Notes under the pieces: generated by a model
What the model was told of the DNA's origin: nothing
Database searches by the model: none
Seen by the model: the letters and a program-made list of their open reading frames with translations, nothing else
Position numbers and translations under genes: made by a program
From: a virus
Lineage: Duplodnaviria > Heunggongvirae > Uroviricota > Caudoviricetes
Strand: one strand, 5' to 3'
IMG/VR virus record: IMGVR_UViG_3300022468_000286
DNA length: 22,463 nt
Part shown: piece after piece, positions 21,568 to 22,463 of the stretch
Position numbering within the stretch: the stretch's first letter is position 1
Layout of the letters: the number at the start of each line of letters is the position of its first letter

Positions 21568-22463
21568 ATGCCTATTACCCGCTCGTATGCAAGTAACTTT
21601 GATGTTATTGACTACACACAAGAACTTCAGATTATCCCTAATTCATGGACTCTTCTGAATGATATCGGTCTGTTCAGCGAAGAATTCCTGACCACTCACA
21701 CTGTTACTTTCGAAGAACAGAATCAAACTCTAGCCCTGATTGGCGACCAATTCCGTGGCGCGAAGCCTCAAGCAAATAAGGACGACGTTCGTAAGATTCG
21801 TTCGTACCCTATTGCTCACTTCCCAATCGTGGATGAGATTCTGCCTGCTGATATTCAAGGCAAGCGTGCTTATGGCTCACAAGATTCGGCTGAAACCGAA
21901 GCTGCTGTGCTTGCACGTAAGATGACACGTATTCGTCGTAATATCGACATTACACTGGAAGTTGGTCGTTTCAGCACTCTGACGACTGGTAATCTGTATG
22001 CTCCTAACGGAACCATTGCTGGTAATCTGTTCTCGGACTTCGGTATTTCTCAGACTTCCGTGGACTTCGTGCTTGGTACTGCTACGACAGATATCATGGC
22101 TAAGACTGAAGCCGTTATTGCTGCAATGCAAGACAACGCCAATACTGGTGACGTGATCACTGGTGTTGTGGCTTATTGCTCACCAGAATGGTTTGCTAAG
22201 TTTATCGCTCACGCGAAGATTCAAACTGCCTACCAGTACTACTCTGCTACTGAAGGTCAGCAAATCCAACGTAACCGTGCTGGTGGTAACAACGGCCTGT
22301 ATCGTGAATTCACCTACGGTGGTATTCGCTTTGTGGAAGTTCGTACTATTCTGGCTGGTCAGCGTCTGATCCCTGCTGGTGAAGTTGTATTCGTTCCTGT
22401 TGGCACTACCGACACGTTCGTTTCGTACTTCGGCCCAGCTAACCGTCTGGATTTCGTGAACAC
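21568..22463 (+). CDS. Major capsid protein, truncated by the window end and absent from the ORF track
   Basis: AAAGGA RBS; open frame MPITRSYASNFDVIDYTQELQIIPNSWTLLNDIGLF... read by hand without stops; capsid E-like features such as HFP...I and FTYGGIRFVE. Confidence 0.92.
   Translation, partial: MPITRSYASNFDVIDYTQELQIIPNSWTLLNDIGLFSEEFLTTHTVTFEEQNQTLALIGDQFRGAKPQANKDDVRKIRSYPIAHFPIVDEILPADIQGKRAYGSQDSAETEAAVLARKMTRIRRNIDITLEVGRFSTLTTGNLYAPNGTIAGNLFSDFGISQTSVDFVLGTATTDIMAKTEAVIAAMQDNANTGDVITGVVAYCSPEWFAKFIAHAKIQTAYQYYSATEGQQIQRNRAGGNNGLYREFTYGGIRFVEVRTILAGQRLIPAGEVVFVPVGTTDTFVSYFGPANRLDFVN

Noticed and set aside
915-22369. Other minus-strand and nested plus-strand ORFs overlapping the main genes
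   Set aside because: They are shadows of well-supported plus-strand genes, with no recognisable motifs

Overview
This window is part of a lytic tailed-phage genome, all on the + strand, with a gene order resembling PAK_P1/Felix O1-type myoviruses. The host cannot be determined from the sequence. From left to right: (1) small early genes with strong sigma70-type promoters (1-2603); (2) a 1.15 kb non-coding gap with a skew flip and a GTAC cluster, possibly the genome end or an origin; (3) phoH, a ClpP-like protease and a degenerate HNH gene; (4) a 5.5 kb RNA-gene island (about 6030-11865) with 23 tRNA genes covering all 20 amino acids, several tRNA-like or otherwise structured non-coding elements, a DUF2828/TROVE-like vWA gene and an HNH gene; (5) the packaging and head module (terS, terL, portal, an inserted 5-gene fibre-like cassette, XkdF-like protease, scaffold, decoration protein and a truncated major capsid gene) with two GIY-YIG-type endonucleases. 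The strongest candidate for an undescribed system is a family of four short elements, each with a closing stem, a conserved (A/G)CAGCAA motif and a CTGTT tail. Three lie in tandem between their own promoter and the TROVE-like gene, and their variable loops carry tRNA pieces (Lys- and Glu-like anticodon loops, T-arms), suggesting Ro60/Y-RNA-like tRNA-mimic or decoy RNAs. All structures were folded by eye, and no database search was run.
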